A DNA stretch of 64,000 bases from Lama glama. Its lineage: Eukaryota. Position 1 is the stretch's first letter. Every line of letters begins with the position of its first letter. Under the pieces are notes generated by a model that was not told where the DNA came from, searched no databases, and worked only from the letters and a program-made list of their open reading frames with translations. Location: contig CM052816.1 in assembly GCA_028534125.1 (NCBI GenBank), positions 29,638,001 through 29,702,000 on the forward strand, in the 5' to 3' direction. Both the position numbers and the translations under genes were made by a program. Of the stretch, positions 12,121 through 24,578 are shown piece by piece.

Positions 12121-13304
12121 AAGCTCTGATTTTGATCTCAGGCAAAAAGGAAGATATATCGCATCATTAAATGAGCCATGTTTTTAAAAAAGTTTGATTT
12201 TAAAAAAGCCTCTTATTTTTTGCCTGTCATCTCTGGTTTCAGTTTTGGAAAAGAAAGGCATAAACACAGGGGCATTCTCAGATCAGTACCAGCTTAATAA
12301 GAACAAATCTTCACATGATAAAACATCTCTCAACCTTTTAGAGAACAAAGAAAAATGCAGGTCTTTAAGTTTACTGTAGAGATAACATGAAAACATAATA
12401 GAGAAAACTATAAACTCAGTATAAGGAGATCTGTATTTAAAATGAATTATGGTTAAAAAATCAATCGGAAATTTTTAAAAAATCATGGAGTGGTTAGTTA
12501 TTCACAAAAATATTCACAACAGAGCTCATTACATATAGTCTACTTCATTTTACTAACAAAAATGGTATAACTAGTGGGAAAGATCCAAACCTCTTAAAGT
12601 AGAAATGTCTTCTGATCTTCCGTGTTTGTACAGAAAACGGTATCATAATTTCTTTTTGCAGCCTTTTTGGTAAAGAACAGAGAGTTCAGTTATTTATGAA
12701 GCTATCCTTTAATTCAACCAATGAGTTTAATGGAAATAGTTTCCTATGACCTCCTTTGTCAGGCAGTGAGGTACCCTTTCTCTCCCAGTTAGAGACGTCT
12801 TCTTCCTCAAGTCCTTAGCTGTGTCTAGGATTTATGAGTGATTCCATCAGTTGGAAACAAGATGCTGACATTTACCCACTTGACTATCACCTGCCATTTG
12901 AACATCTGAAATCCCAGTAACTCACGTGAAGCAATTCTGAGCTTGCCATAGCCACCGGGTTTGGCTGTTGTTTTTACTCAACAAGGGTTAGTTGTCCAAC
13001 TTCTGCCTGGGTTCTAAAAACAAAAGACCATGATTCAGGTCTTTGCTCTGCCACTACACTTTTGTGAATGAGTGAAGAGAAATTGGATTGTGCAGTAAAT
13101 GACCCTGGATGTTCTGTCTGGGTTGTCTGGATGAACTAGATGGGGCAGTTCATGTATTTATACTCCCCCTTTTTGTTTTGTGCCCCTGTGGCCTTGGAAG
13201 ATAAAGCCAATTTTGTAACTCAAAAGTCCATGCGCTCTTCATGACACCACAACTCTCTCAATGGTGATTTATTTTAACTGGTGCAGCAAACATGTACAGG
13301 AGTG

Positions 13305-13736
13305 TGTTAAAAAACAAAATTCGACTGAGTAAGTTTAAAGATCTAATTGACTTTATTAGGCCGCTTATGAACTGGGCAGCATCCCAGCTAGCAGCTAGAA
13401 GGGAACTTGGAGGGGTTGTATAGATGGCAAGGAGCTATTAGCAAAAGAAAGGAAAGGATTATTTTTGGGTCAAGACATCTTTTGCAAGGAGAAGGAAAAG
13501 GCAACAGTCTTATCACACAGAATGCCTTTTCCCCTGGGAGGTTGGGGGATAAAGAGGACCCACGTGGCAGATTACTTCACTGGTGCTGACCAGAAAATTC
13601 CAGACCTGCTGATTAAGTTTACATTTCTAGTGAAGGTTGAAACTGCAATTAGGTTAGGTATTAAATCTAGGTTTGGTATCACGGGTTTGGTATCACAAGT
13701 GATGCCATTTGGGGCCTGTGGTTTTTCTCTTTAAGA
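13305..13736 (-). mobile_element. MER67-like ERV1 solo LTR
   Basis: Begins tgttaaaaaacaaaattcgactgagtaagtttaaagatctaattg and ends ggggcctgtggtttttctctttaaga. Flanks agtg / agag. Confidence 0.65.
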
Positions 13737-16700
13737 AGAGTTAACCCAATAGTGTCTTGGGTATGGGTTGAAAAAATAGATAAACTTAACTTCCAAAACA
13801 ATCCTGTGAGATAAGTATTGTTTTTTCCTTTTTCATAGATATGAAAACTAAAGGTTGAAGAAGTAAAATATCACACCAAAAGCCAGCTGCTTTTGCAAGC
13901 ATCAGCAGTATCATTAGGTGTACTTCTGCCTTGGGCAGAATGGTCCCTCATTCTCTGTGCATCTTGCAAAGAGGTGAGTTAGGTAGGGCCAGGGTGTAGC
14001 TGGGTGCATAACAAGACTGTGCTTCGAAAAGGGGATCCCACCCCCTGTTGCTCTCCCTTTTGTAGGCCAAGATGAGAGTGGACTTATAAGCAAGGGACAT
14101 AGAGTTTGGGCTTGGGCATTAAATGGTCTGAGTGTAGGTGCCAGCTGTGAACACTAGCTGTTAGCTCCTGTGGGAAGCTGGTTCGTGGTGCATTCTTCCC
14201 AAGGGGGAGAAAGGAAACCACTGGTGCCACAAGAAGTTCTTTCAGATGCAGCCCCTTCCATCGGTAAGGGAAGAGTGGTTCCCTGTCCCATTTAATACTC
14301 ACACCCTCTCTTAAGTTCAGAGAGTTGAGGAAGTATTAAATGAGATGATGTGTATAAAAGGATTGAGCAGACTTGGTACCTAGTTGAGAGCTTTCATTTT
14401 CATGCATATCTGGGCTGTTCTTTGCTTCCTTCTTCTGGTGAGTTTCTTTTTAGTTTTTTTCAGAGTGTATCTGTAATTTGGAGGGATGTAGTGAACAAGT
14501 CAGTCATTCCAGAGTAGCATTCATATACCACCCCTTCCTTCTCCCACTTCCTCGGCATCTGAGTTGGTGTTGTCATTTCACACAATGGACTTGCTGAATC
14601 AAGGGAGCCAGAAAGACTAGGAGAAATTGAGACTTGGAATTAGACATTCTCCTGAGGTAATGGGTAAATAGAACCCAGCTGAGATGATGACAAGAGCTCT
14701 GTTAGGTTGTTGGAGGGGCTCTCTCTCTAGAGGTCTAACTCAAATGACTTCAAGTCCTGGGCAGATAAGCAAATTAATAAAGGGGCAGGTGTAAAACAGT
14801 AGAGAGTGCCGGAGACTGTGGCAAACTGGAGAACACATTTTTGGTCTAAAGGCATTCATCTGTTAAAATTTCAAATATTGATAATGCCAGACAAAAGGTT
14901 AGTGGGCCAAATTTGCCCTGTGGGCCATCAGTTTGTAACCTCCCCAAGACCTAACAGAACTTAATCTCTGGGGAATACGACAACAGATAATAGTGATGAG
15001 GCAGAAGAGTTGTCATCTTTGGGAAGGCTCAGCCAGATGTGAAAGGGGTGACCTGAGAGTGATGTTATGGCAAGCAGTATGAGGGCAGTAAGCCAGCAGT
15101 TAATAGGTTCCAGAAATGAGAGTGGCAAGAGGCAGGCTCAGTCAGAGTCTCCAAGCCCTCTGTGAGCAGAGGGAACAAAACAGAATTCCCGTCCAGGAAG
15201 GCCTAGGGTCTGAGGATGGTGATCATTACTGAGAATCAGAACTAGGATGCCACAAATGGCAAAACTGGGTATTGCTGAATCACTTGCATTTTGAACTAGT
15301 AATCCTTAAATCCCTTAAAAGTGTTTTTATGGCTTCTTAAAAGTTGATTTTTGAAACTGCTTATTATAGTGAATTTAGAAAATACAGAAAAGCATAATAG
15401 AAAAGAACTTTTGAACTCTCTTACTGAAGGGAACAGCACTGTTTCCAAAACATGGGGCCAGGCAAGAAATTGAGAGCTTCTGCCTCTGAGAAGAGGACCT
15501 GGGGATATGAGGGCAGGAAACTGGGATAAGAGCTAGAAATGAGCTGCCTAGGCTTCATAAATTATCTACAGCAGGACTGATTTCAGACTATTACAGATTA
15601 TTGATCATGATTTTTGGTTTGAAACTGTTGTAGTTAAGAACCAGAATATAAAACCTAGCTCTTGAATAGTTAGCTCTTCAGTATCCATAAAATAATTTAA
15701 TTTTTTTTAGGAGTTGTGAATTCTCAGGATGTCAACTATCATACTTTCACTAAAATGCATGTTCTAAATTCCTTTTTGGAGATAATGGACTATTTTGGAT
15801 TATATACACTACTGATGTTTCACATCATTGGATTATATTGTCTTAGAGTAATTTTGGTTTCGCTAAACGTATTTATAGAAGAGTGTAAATCTTTTTTGGT
15901 CTTCAACTACTGGCCTGTTTTATATGATAGTTTTGTGTCACTATACATGCTTTCAGTATAGGGGTACTTCCTGGGTAACAAGTCATCAAGACTACAACTA
16001 TGTTCCTTAGGCCAAAATTAATTGTTGTCAGCTGGTATGTTACCATATTGAATTCTAATTCTTGAGTTTGTATTCAAAAGATATGATTTGAATGCAAGAC
16101 TGATTTTGTACAAAAAAAAAAAGATATTTTAGAAGAGAAACATGATACTTAAACGAGAAAATTTTAACTTGTGATTCTCCGGGCTAGTCTTAAACTGCAC
16201 TGACATTTCTTCTAAAATTAAAAAAAACTCATCCATGTAATGGTATTTTCACTGACTAGGGGCTTTGTGTATAACATGTCTCAAAATATAAAATGTAAGA
16301 TTTCCCATCTGTGACTGCCACGAGTCCACTCCAGCATTGTAACATCTGATATGCTAACATTATTTGTATATTTAGTTTTTCTTTAAAGTTCCTCTTTTTT
16401 TGGCATTAGCCACATCTGCTTCAGCAATTTTGTGATTTTTAAACTTCCTTCTGCAAAACCGTTTTAAAATCATTAATTAACTCTTTGAAACTTGAAAAAA
16501 AAAGTAGTAAAGGTGGTAAGAAATTGAATTATAAACATTCTGAAGGGAATTTATGCCTGGCATATTTTGTTCATAGGTTTTAGCTCAAGGTATTTATGCA
16601 GTAGAAATCATCTACAGTGGTAAATATCTCTAGCTGAATCATCAGCGAATGTTTAATGGATTAGCTAAGAAAAAGCACCTCAGGAAATACGAATTCTAAT

Positions 16701-16859
16701 CTTAGATCTTTCTGATATAATTTCATGGTGTCAAGGCATTCATTTCACTCCAAGTTATCTCTATTTTGTATTTTGTAAAATTGGGTAAATTATTAACAAA
16801 TATCCACTTAACAGTTTAGAAAAAAATTAAAGTTTTATGGTTATCACAGAAAGAGAAAC

Positions 16860-17070
16860 AGCCCCAGAGTTAGAAGATCTGGCTTTTAAGCATAGTCTTG
16901 CCACTTGAAATAGCCATTTTAATTTAGACAAGCCACTTCATTTTTAGAGGCAGTCATTTTCCCTTATCTGTCAAATAGAGATAAAAGTATATTATTTACC
17001 TTGTAAGGCTGTGAGGAAGAACAAAATGAGATAATGTTGGTAAAGGGACTTTATAAAGTGCTATATATAT
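16860..17070 (+). mobile_element. MIR SINE
   Basis: agagttagaagatctggc...acaagccacttca...ttcccttatctgtcaaatagagataa...aaatgagataatg. Confidence 0.65.
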
Positions 17071-19766
17071 GTAAATTATAATTTCAGAAATAACACCAGT
17101 GCTTTGCTAGTACCATCTGCTTTAGCATGAAATTCAGTATAATGCCACTCTATTAGAAACTGTTCAGAGAGGTATGGCAGTGGCAAAGCTATATCGCGTT
17201 CATCTTTGCAGGAATTTTGAGGTTGGTATTATGATGAAATTCAAAAGATATTTATTTTAGAATTATGTTTGTATTAAATCGCATATATGCTATTTTAATG
17301 ATTTACATTTGTTTTGAGAAATAACAGACTTTCCCCTGCTTACATGTTCTCCATTCCTTTGACTACCAGTCCTGCCCCCATGAACAATGAACTAAAAACA
17401 GATATAGAAGCACCAATGGTCACCTTCATGTTCCAGACCTCTTGAAAGTCTATAATACAATCAAAGGGATTTGAAAAGATCTACGGAGCTAGCTGTAGTT
17501 AAAGCTACATATAGCACAATGATGGCTTGTTTTATTTGCTGACCCTTCTGAATCAGGCAGACTTGTGATATTTCAAGGGAACAGTAGAATCTTTGACTTT
17601 TTTTTTAAGTCAAAAGTGCATTTAATAACATGATAAATATAATTAACACTTCTGTATGTTGTATATGGAAGTTGTTAAGAAAGTAAATCCTAAGAAAAAA
17701 TTTTTTCTTCTTCATCACAAGAAAAAAAAATTTTTCTTTAATTTTCTATCTATATGAGATGATGAATGTTCACTAAACTTACCATGTTAATGGTAATAAA
17801 ATGGTCTGGGATGATACTGAGTCAATCTAGAGTGGTATTAAAAATATTTAATAATCAATACCACATAGTGCCCAACTGTACAATCAGAATGGATGCAAAC
17901 AGCAGGGCTGGATCAGGGTCCTAGAACAGGGTCTTACTGTGCAAGTTTACCTCTTTGGTTGCTTGATCAAGAGTAGGGAAGGTTGGGCTCCAGGTAGCAG
18001 ATATTGTAAAACAGCATTTTAAGAATGGATATGACCATATGTACACACATTGGCTGGTGATCAGGTCTACACTCAATGGTTCCAAATATAACCCCTTCAA
18101 ATCTTTCCTTCCTCTATGTCAATAATACTTACAAGTCAAAGGCAAATGACCTTTCTTTATGGCTGAGAAGGTAGTGGTAAGCTTTTATTAGGTGTTTTAC
18201 AATTTCATTATGTTGGTTGGTTTTGGCATGCAAATGTTTATGTAACTATATAAACATTTTTCCTTTATGATTTTGTTGCATTGCTTTTTTGTTTATAAAG
18301 ACCTTCGTCAAACAGATATTAGCTAAATATTAAGCTATATTTCTCTGAGTTTATTGAAGATATGATTTTAAAATTCAACTATTTTATTTGCTACTTGTTT
18401 TATTTTATTATAGTTGGTTTGGTTGTGTCTTTTGGCTGGACACCCACCAAATGGGGAACCCAGTTTTCAGATACAGGAATATTGCTAAATAATGGTGACA
18501 TTAATCTGGCTTTAAGTTTGACATTGTTGGCAATGCTTCTTTATCATCTTTAAAGTTCAACATAGGCAGATATCAGCTGTATCCTTCTACCTCCAGTTCA
18601 CTAAAAATTTTTTAATTTGAATTGTTCTATTTAAAACATGGCTGTTTATTTTCTCTATAATGCATTTTTAAGCATTTATTAAGATTATCATATGAATTTT
18701 CTTATTGGCCCTACTACACAATGAATTTTACATGGAGATTTCCTAATATGAAATAAGCCTCCAATTTCCCTGATAAAATCTGCTTGATTGTAGTTGATGA
18801 TTCAATTAATTACTACTAAAAACAGTTGGCTAATATTTTACTTAGATTTTTGTTATATTCATAAATATGAATGGTCTTTTCTTGTGTACTATTTTTGTCA
18901 AGTTTTTGGTATCAGCATTTTTCTAGCTGCATAAAACAAACTGAATAGGTTTCCTGTTTTTCAGTACTAATTTTAATCACAGAAACAATTCAGTCTTTGA
19001 ATGTCTGAAATTATGCAGTTGTTGACTCATTTGAGCCTGGAGTATAGTGGAGGCATTTCTTTAGTAACTTTTTCATGATATTTGTCTATTCAGAACATAC
19101 ATTTTTCTCTTGTCAAAATTTGAAATTAAAATTTCCAGAAAATCAGCAGGAGAGCCAGTGGTTTTGATAGATTGAGTTAATAGAAAGTACTGGATTTGGA
19201 AGTAGCTCAGTACCTTCTCAGTTTGTCTTTGTACCCAATATATTTGACTTCTTGAACTATTTACATCTATTTAGTACTTTATATAAGCAGATAGACAAAT
19301 ATCTTAGCATTGGACATGTTTGTTAATCATTCCAATTTATAAATTTTCAAACAGTTACTATGTGATGTTGCCCTAGTTACTTCATCTCTTTAATGCTTCA
19401 GTTTCTTTCACTGTAAAGTGGAGATAATCATAATGTTTACCTCATAGGATTGTTGCTAAGGTTTTACGAGATGGCATGTAAAGTGCTTATTAGTATAGTG
19501 ACTAATAAAGTTTAAATTTTTCAATAAATGTGCTTTTTTCTAAGATTAAACTATTAATGAACTATTAATGAAATCATATTTTTCTAGACTAAACTATTAT
19601 ATCTGCCAAGTTCTTGGCAGATGTTTAGACATTCTAGTTTTAATCATTCTGTATCATATTTTTTCTGTTTGATTTTAACATTTACTTGTTGCCTCATCTC
19701 AACATCCAATAGAATTTAGGACTGGAAAAAGATAACAAAATACAAGGGAAAGGACAGTGACAGTAG

Positions 19767-20223
19767 TGTTGGGGCACAGGGCAGGCTAGAAGGACATGCA
19801 AAAAGGACACTTTGACCTTCAAAGCAGAAAATAAGTCTCTCATATGAAAGGTGCATTCCTCACATCTGGAAGAAGAAGGACATTCTTATCACCAGAAACA
19901 GGAAATTCAGGGTAGAGAAGCCTATGTAAATAAACCTTGCTACTTTAATTTACTACCCCAAGCCCAAACTATTTAGATTCTGCACTAATTAAGCACCCAA
20001 AGCCTGTTTCTTTATCCTGTCTATTCCTCACAAATGTATTGCTTTTTCTTCTAACAAGTATAAAAGCTGCCTGCTTTGGCCACTTCCCAGGTCTCACTTC
20101 AATGAGATCTCCATACAGATTAATTAAAATTGTTTTTCTTCTGTTGACCTGTCTTGTGTCTTTTGTTGTTAGTCCAGTCACAAGAACCCAAGAAGGGTAG
20201 AGGAAATTTCGTGCTCCCCAACA
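19767..20223 (+). mobile_element. ERV1 solo LTR (MER34/MER4-group-like)
   Basis: TGTTGGGG...CCCCAACA terminal inverted repeat, TATAAAA near 20059, flanks gtag / atag. A related element lies on the minus strand at 22720-23645. Confidence 0.85.
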
Positions 20224-20576
20224 ATAGTAACAAATTACTGTCATGGTGAAAATGTTCCCGCAGATAGGACTTTAGTACATTAAACAACAACAAAACTAAA
20301 ACAAACAAACAAACAAAAAAACCCAAACCAAAAAACTGTATCAGCTAACAAAAGCAACGATTGACAATTCTAAAAGATGGAGGAGAAAAATCTTCATTAC
20401 ATTCTTTTCTTAATGAGAAAAATAACTATTTTAGGTAAATTGCAATGATTCTTATTTTTGGTGCTCATCTGGACTACCCAGAGAGTTACAGATTCTGCTT
20501 CATTAGGTTTCAGGTAGAAACTTGGGCTTTATCAAAAAGTGATGAATGCTCCAAAGAGGATTCTAATCACCCCTGC

Positions 20577-21143
20577 CTAGGAGGAAGAGATTTACCTGTA
20601 CCTTCTAGGTGCCTCTGGTTAGTCTAGGAACTAAACTGACATGAGGAGATTAACAGGAGAAAATCAAACAAAAGTTTAATAACATATATACATGGGAGAG
20701 ATTCATGATTGAGTAACTTCCCAAAATGGCTAAATCCCTCATCTTAAGTACCATTTTCAGCTACAAACGTTGGAGGATATTGGAGGCAGTGCTTTGGGAT
20801 TTCAAATGGGAGGAAGGCAATTGACTTTGAGGTAGAAAAGCAGATGTTTGGTAAACAAATGTTTGGTGGGCTATGCAGAGCCAATGGGACACAGGAGTGT
20901 TAACAAACAGACTTTGCTGGGTTCTTCCCTGTCTACCACCCCTAGTTCATACTGTAGTTATCTATGGTGATAGCTCACTTCCTGAAATAATTCCTGTATC
21001 TACATTCTTCTAGGTAGGGGAAAGGTCAAAGTTTCTTCTTGAGTCTTTTGGGCCTTTATCTTTGTCTGTTTGTTTGTTTTAATTTGAAATAATCTGCATG
21101 TTAAAGAGACATTTTAGGGTAGAAAATTATTTTCCTACCCTAA
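20577..21143 (-). mobile_element. ERV1 LTR (MER34/MER39-like)
   Basis: aaactgacatgaggagattaacaggagaaaa...tttggtaaacaaatgtttg...aaagagacattttagggtag. Confidence 0.65.
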
Positions 21144-22230
21144 TAAATATCCAAGTCAATTAAACCTAAACTTTTTAGAAAACATGAAAGCAAAACTGCA
21201 CAGGTAGGAAATAGGTAAATTAGAGTAGATCCCTGAAGAAATTCAGGCAGAAAAACAAGGACATTTTTATATAGAGTTGTGTCAGGAAAATTAAAGAAAA
21301 AGACAAGCATTATACCAATGTTATAACTAATGAAGACATGGTGCAGGTGATCTGGGAGAGAAGCTGGTTTAAAGACATGAATCTGTGAATGAAGGCCTTG
21401 CTCTGAGGAAAAGAATCTCAACCCCTTCACTGGAGTCAGAGGGAGCATCATAGGGTCCAGTGACTTGGGCTCAGGCAGAGGCAATCACCCCTGTCACCAG
21501 CAGGGCCACATAGGACAATTTATGTCAGAATAATTGTGACAGATGTACTTAGGGAACCTGCATTAAATATAAGGATCACTAGACTCACTACTAATTCATA
21601 TAAAAAAGATCCAAAATACATTCTTAAGGAAAGGCAATCAAAGGAAATCGAGGAGTGGAATGAATAGAAACCATCTTCTACTTTATATTACTTGATATTA
21701 ATCATAGCGTTTAATACTCTTATATCTAGTTGTTAATGTTCCGAATTCTTTCTAAATATGTGGTTTACATGGCCCTTGTGCAGATCATTGGTAAGATACA
21801 GGAAAAATACACTTACAGAGACCTCTAATTCTAGCACCTTGATGTGAATATCAGTAATACTTTTGGTATACATATTTCCTCTTCCTTTTTCATGTGAAGT
21901 CTGTATGAACTGCATCCGTGAATTTAGATGTACAAATATGGAAGGCAAGATTTGGCCCTCAAGACCTGCACCACCTGGTGTCATGCCTGTGACTGTTACT
22001 TTACACTAACTTTGCATAGCAAAAGGGCATTAAGGTTGCAGATGGAATGAGGTTGTTAATCAGATGACTTTAAAACAGGGAGATTATCCTGGTTTATCTG
22101 GGTGGAAATGGAAATGGAAAAGGAAGGTCAGAGAGATGTGACTATGGAAGAAGAGGCATGAAATCCTGAAAGAGATTCAAAACCGGCCATTACTGGCTTT
22201 GAAGATAGAGAAAGGGGTCATGAACCAGCA

Positions 22231-22719
22231 TGAGTTCAGAACATGGCACCCCCCACATATATGCCTCTCTGGCATATCGACTCTTCTCAGTTCAAGGTAC
22301 GAGAAAAACAGCAAATACAAGAAAACCACTCTGACCTTACTTTTTTTTTTTTCAAAAGCAGGAGGTGAAATTCCTATATGAAAGATACCCTCCCTATTCC
22401 AGAAGGAAGGTACATTCTAATCATCAAGGACAGGAAGTTGAGATCAAGAGAATGTTATACAAACAGACCTTGTTAAAATAAGTGTTATCTTCCTTTAGCT
22501 TGCCCGCAGAGTTGAGTCACTTCTCCACAACTGCCTCTTTGTTCAGCCTCATATAAAAACAAGTCGGTTGCACAATATCTTTGGATCTTTATTCCTTATG
22601 AAGGTTCCCATGTGACAAAAACACTTGTATTATACAGTAAATTTGTATTCTTTTCTACTATTTTCTCCTTTTGATCTGTCTTATGTCAATTTAATTCTCA
22701 GGCCCATCCAAAAAGAACC
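22231..22719 (+). mobile_element. MER34-like ERV1 LTR, interrupted near its 3' end
   Basis: ttcagaacatggcacccc...atgaaggttcccatgtga...atctgtcttatgtcaatttaattctcaggcc. Confidence 0.7.
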
Positions 22720-23645
22720 TGTTGGGGAAGTGGGTATTTCTCCCTCTACCTTTCTTGAATTTTTGTGACTGGACTAATAATAAAATTGATACAAGACAGA
22801 TTAACAGAAGAAAAAGAAAGAATTTTAATTCATGTGCATGGAGGACCCACAGAAATGGAACCTAAGAAGTGGCCAAAGCGGGCAGTTTTTATACTTCTGT
22901 AAAAGAAAAATACTGCAAACCATATCAGTAAACAAAGAATGCTGAAGCCATCAAGTCATCAGCCACTGCTGCCACCCCCCAGTGAAGACAAGCCTGCAGC
23001 CCGGCCTCTGCAGCCACTCACAATGGTGTACTCTGAGGGGACTCAGAATAATAAAGGACAAGATACTGGCCTTAGATAGCTAGATGCTTGTCAAAGGAAT
23101 GAATTCAGTGAGCCCAAATGTTTGCTTTCTCCCGTACATAGAAAAGCACTTAATTCTTTAAGATGAGATGTCTGGTTTTCTTTAGATAACAAGTAATCTT
23201 TTACTGTTCTGACTACCTGGTCTTTGCTGTAAAGCTCCTATAGATCCTAGCTCCTCCCCTATCTCTTCAGAGCAGTCCCTCAGAGCCATCTGAGAGGCTG
23301 TCATCCCGGCTCAAGTCCTTCTGACAAATAAAACAACTCTCAACTTTGAAGCTGTGCATTTATTTCAGTCCACACTTCTTAGATGAAGAAACAATACCTG
23401 TGTGAGGAACTGACAGGACAAAGAAACTTAGACTTGGGATGCCCAATTAGTGAATAATCTAAATAGAGTTTGGGCTTGGGGTAGTAAATAAAGAAATAAC
23501 AAGGTTTGTTTGTATAGGCTTGTAGGTCTGAATTCTTAATCTTTGGTGATAAGGGTGTCCTACTACCTTCAGATGCAGAGTGTAGCTTTCACATGAGAGA
23601 TATGTATTCTACTTCCAGGAAGAAAGAAAGAAGTGTTGGGGTATC
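22720..23645 (-). mobile_element. ERV1 LTR of the same family as 19767-20223, split by an inner LTR
   Basis: Reverse-complement similarity to 19767-20223: gtgactggactaa, aagtggccaaagc, agtttgggcttggggtagtaaat. Confidence 0.8.
22898..23374 (+). mobile_element. intact ERV1-type solo LTR with perfect 4-bp TSD
   Basis: TGT...ACA termini, CTTC at 22894-22897 and 23375-23378, AATAAA near 23327. Confidence 0.85.
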
Positions 23646-23646
23646 C

Positions 23647-23685
23647 CTCTTTCTTTCTCTCTCTCTTTCTTTCTCTCTCTCTTTC

Positions 23686-23741
<56 letters not shown>

Positions 23742-23743
23742 TT

Positions 23744-23799
<56 letters not shown>

Positions 23800-23948
23800 T
23801 TTCTTTTTTCTTCCTTCCTTCCTACCTTTCTTTCTCTTTCTCTCTTTCTCTCTCTCTCTCCCTCCCTCCTCCTCCCTCCCTCCCTCTCTCTTCCTTTCTT
23901 CTTTCTTTCTTTCTTTTCTTTCTTTTCTTTCTTTCCCTTCCTCCCTCC

Positions 23949-23979
<31 letters not shown>

Positions 23980-23980
23980 T

Positions 23981-24076
<96 letters not shown>

Positions 24077-24088
24077 TCGTTCTTTCTT
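23647..24088. repeat. ~440-bp polypyrimidine (TTTC)n/(TC)n/(TCCC)n microsatellite
   Basis: Directly visible. It explains the F/L/S-rich ORFs at 23593-24216 and 23633-24175. Confidence 0.98.
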
Positions 24089-24089
24089 A

Positions 24090-24394
24090 CAAAGAGACTT
24101 TATCCTTTCACAGTGCTGGAGGTGGGAAGTCTAAGATCCAGATGTCAGCATGGAAGGTTCCTTCTGAGGCTGTGAGACTGTTTCAGACTCTCTGGGCTTC
24201 TGGTGCCTGCTGGTAACCCTGGGTATTCCTTGGCTCCTAGAAGTATCACTTCCATCTCTGCCTTCATCCTCACATGGCATTCTTTGTATGTATGTGCTGG
24301 GTGCAAATTTCCCAGTTCTGTAGGTCTGAAGTCCAAAATGGGTCTCACTGGACTAAAATCAAGGTGTCAGCAGGGTCAAGCTCCTTCTGGAGGG
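24090..24394 (-). mobile_element. MLT1 LTR fragments (two abutting pieces)
   Basis: cacagtgctggaggtgggaagtctaagatc...atctctgccttcatcctcacatggc, then cagttctgtaggtctgaagtccaaaatgggtctcactggactaaaatcaaggtgtcagcagg. Confidence 0.75.
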
Positions 24395-24578
24395 ATATAT
24401 CTATATATAAGCTAGGTCAACAACAAGTTTCTTCTATGTAGGACAGGGAACTATATTCAATATCTTATAGTAACCTATAGTGACAAAGAATATGAAAATG
24501 AATATATGTATGCATATTTATGACTGAAGCTTTATGCTGTATACCAGAAATTGACACAATTATACTTTAATTAAGAAA
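24395..24578 (+). mobile_element. truncated L1 3' end
   Basis: acagggaactatattcaatatcttatagtaacctat...gctgtataccagaaattgacaca, with an A-rich end. Confidence 0.8.

Noticed and set aside
23593..24216. 207-aa and 180-aa F/L/S-rich ORFs resembling membrane proteins
   Set aside because: They are translations of the (TTTC)n microsatellite, which lacks stop codons.
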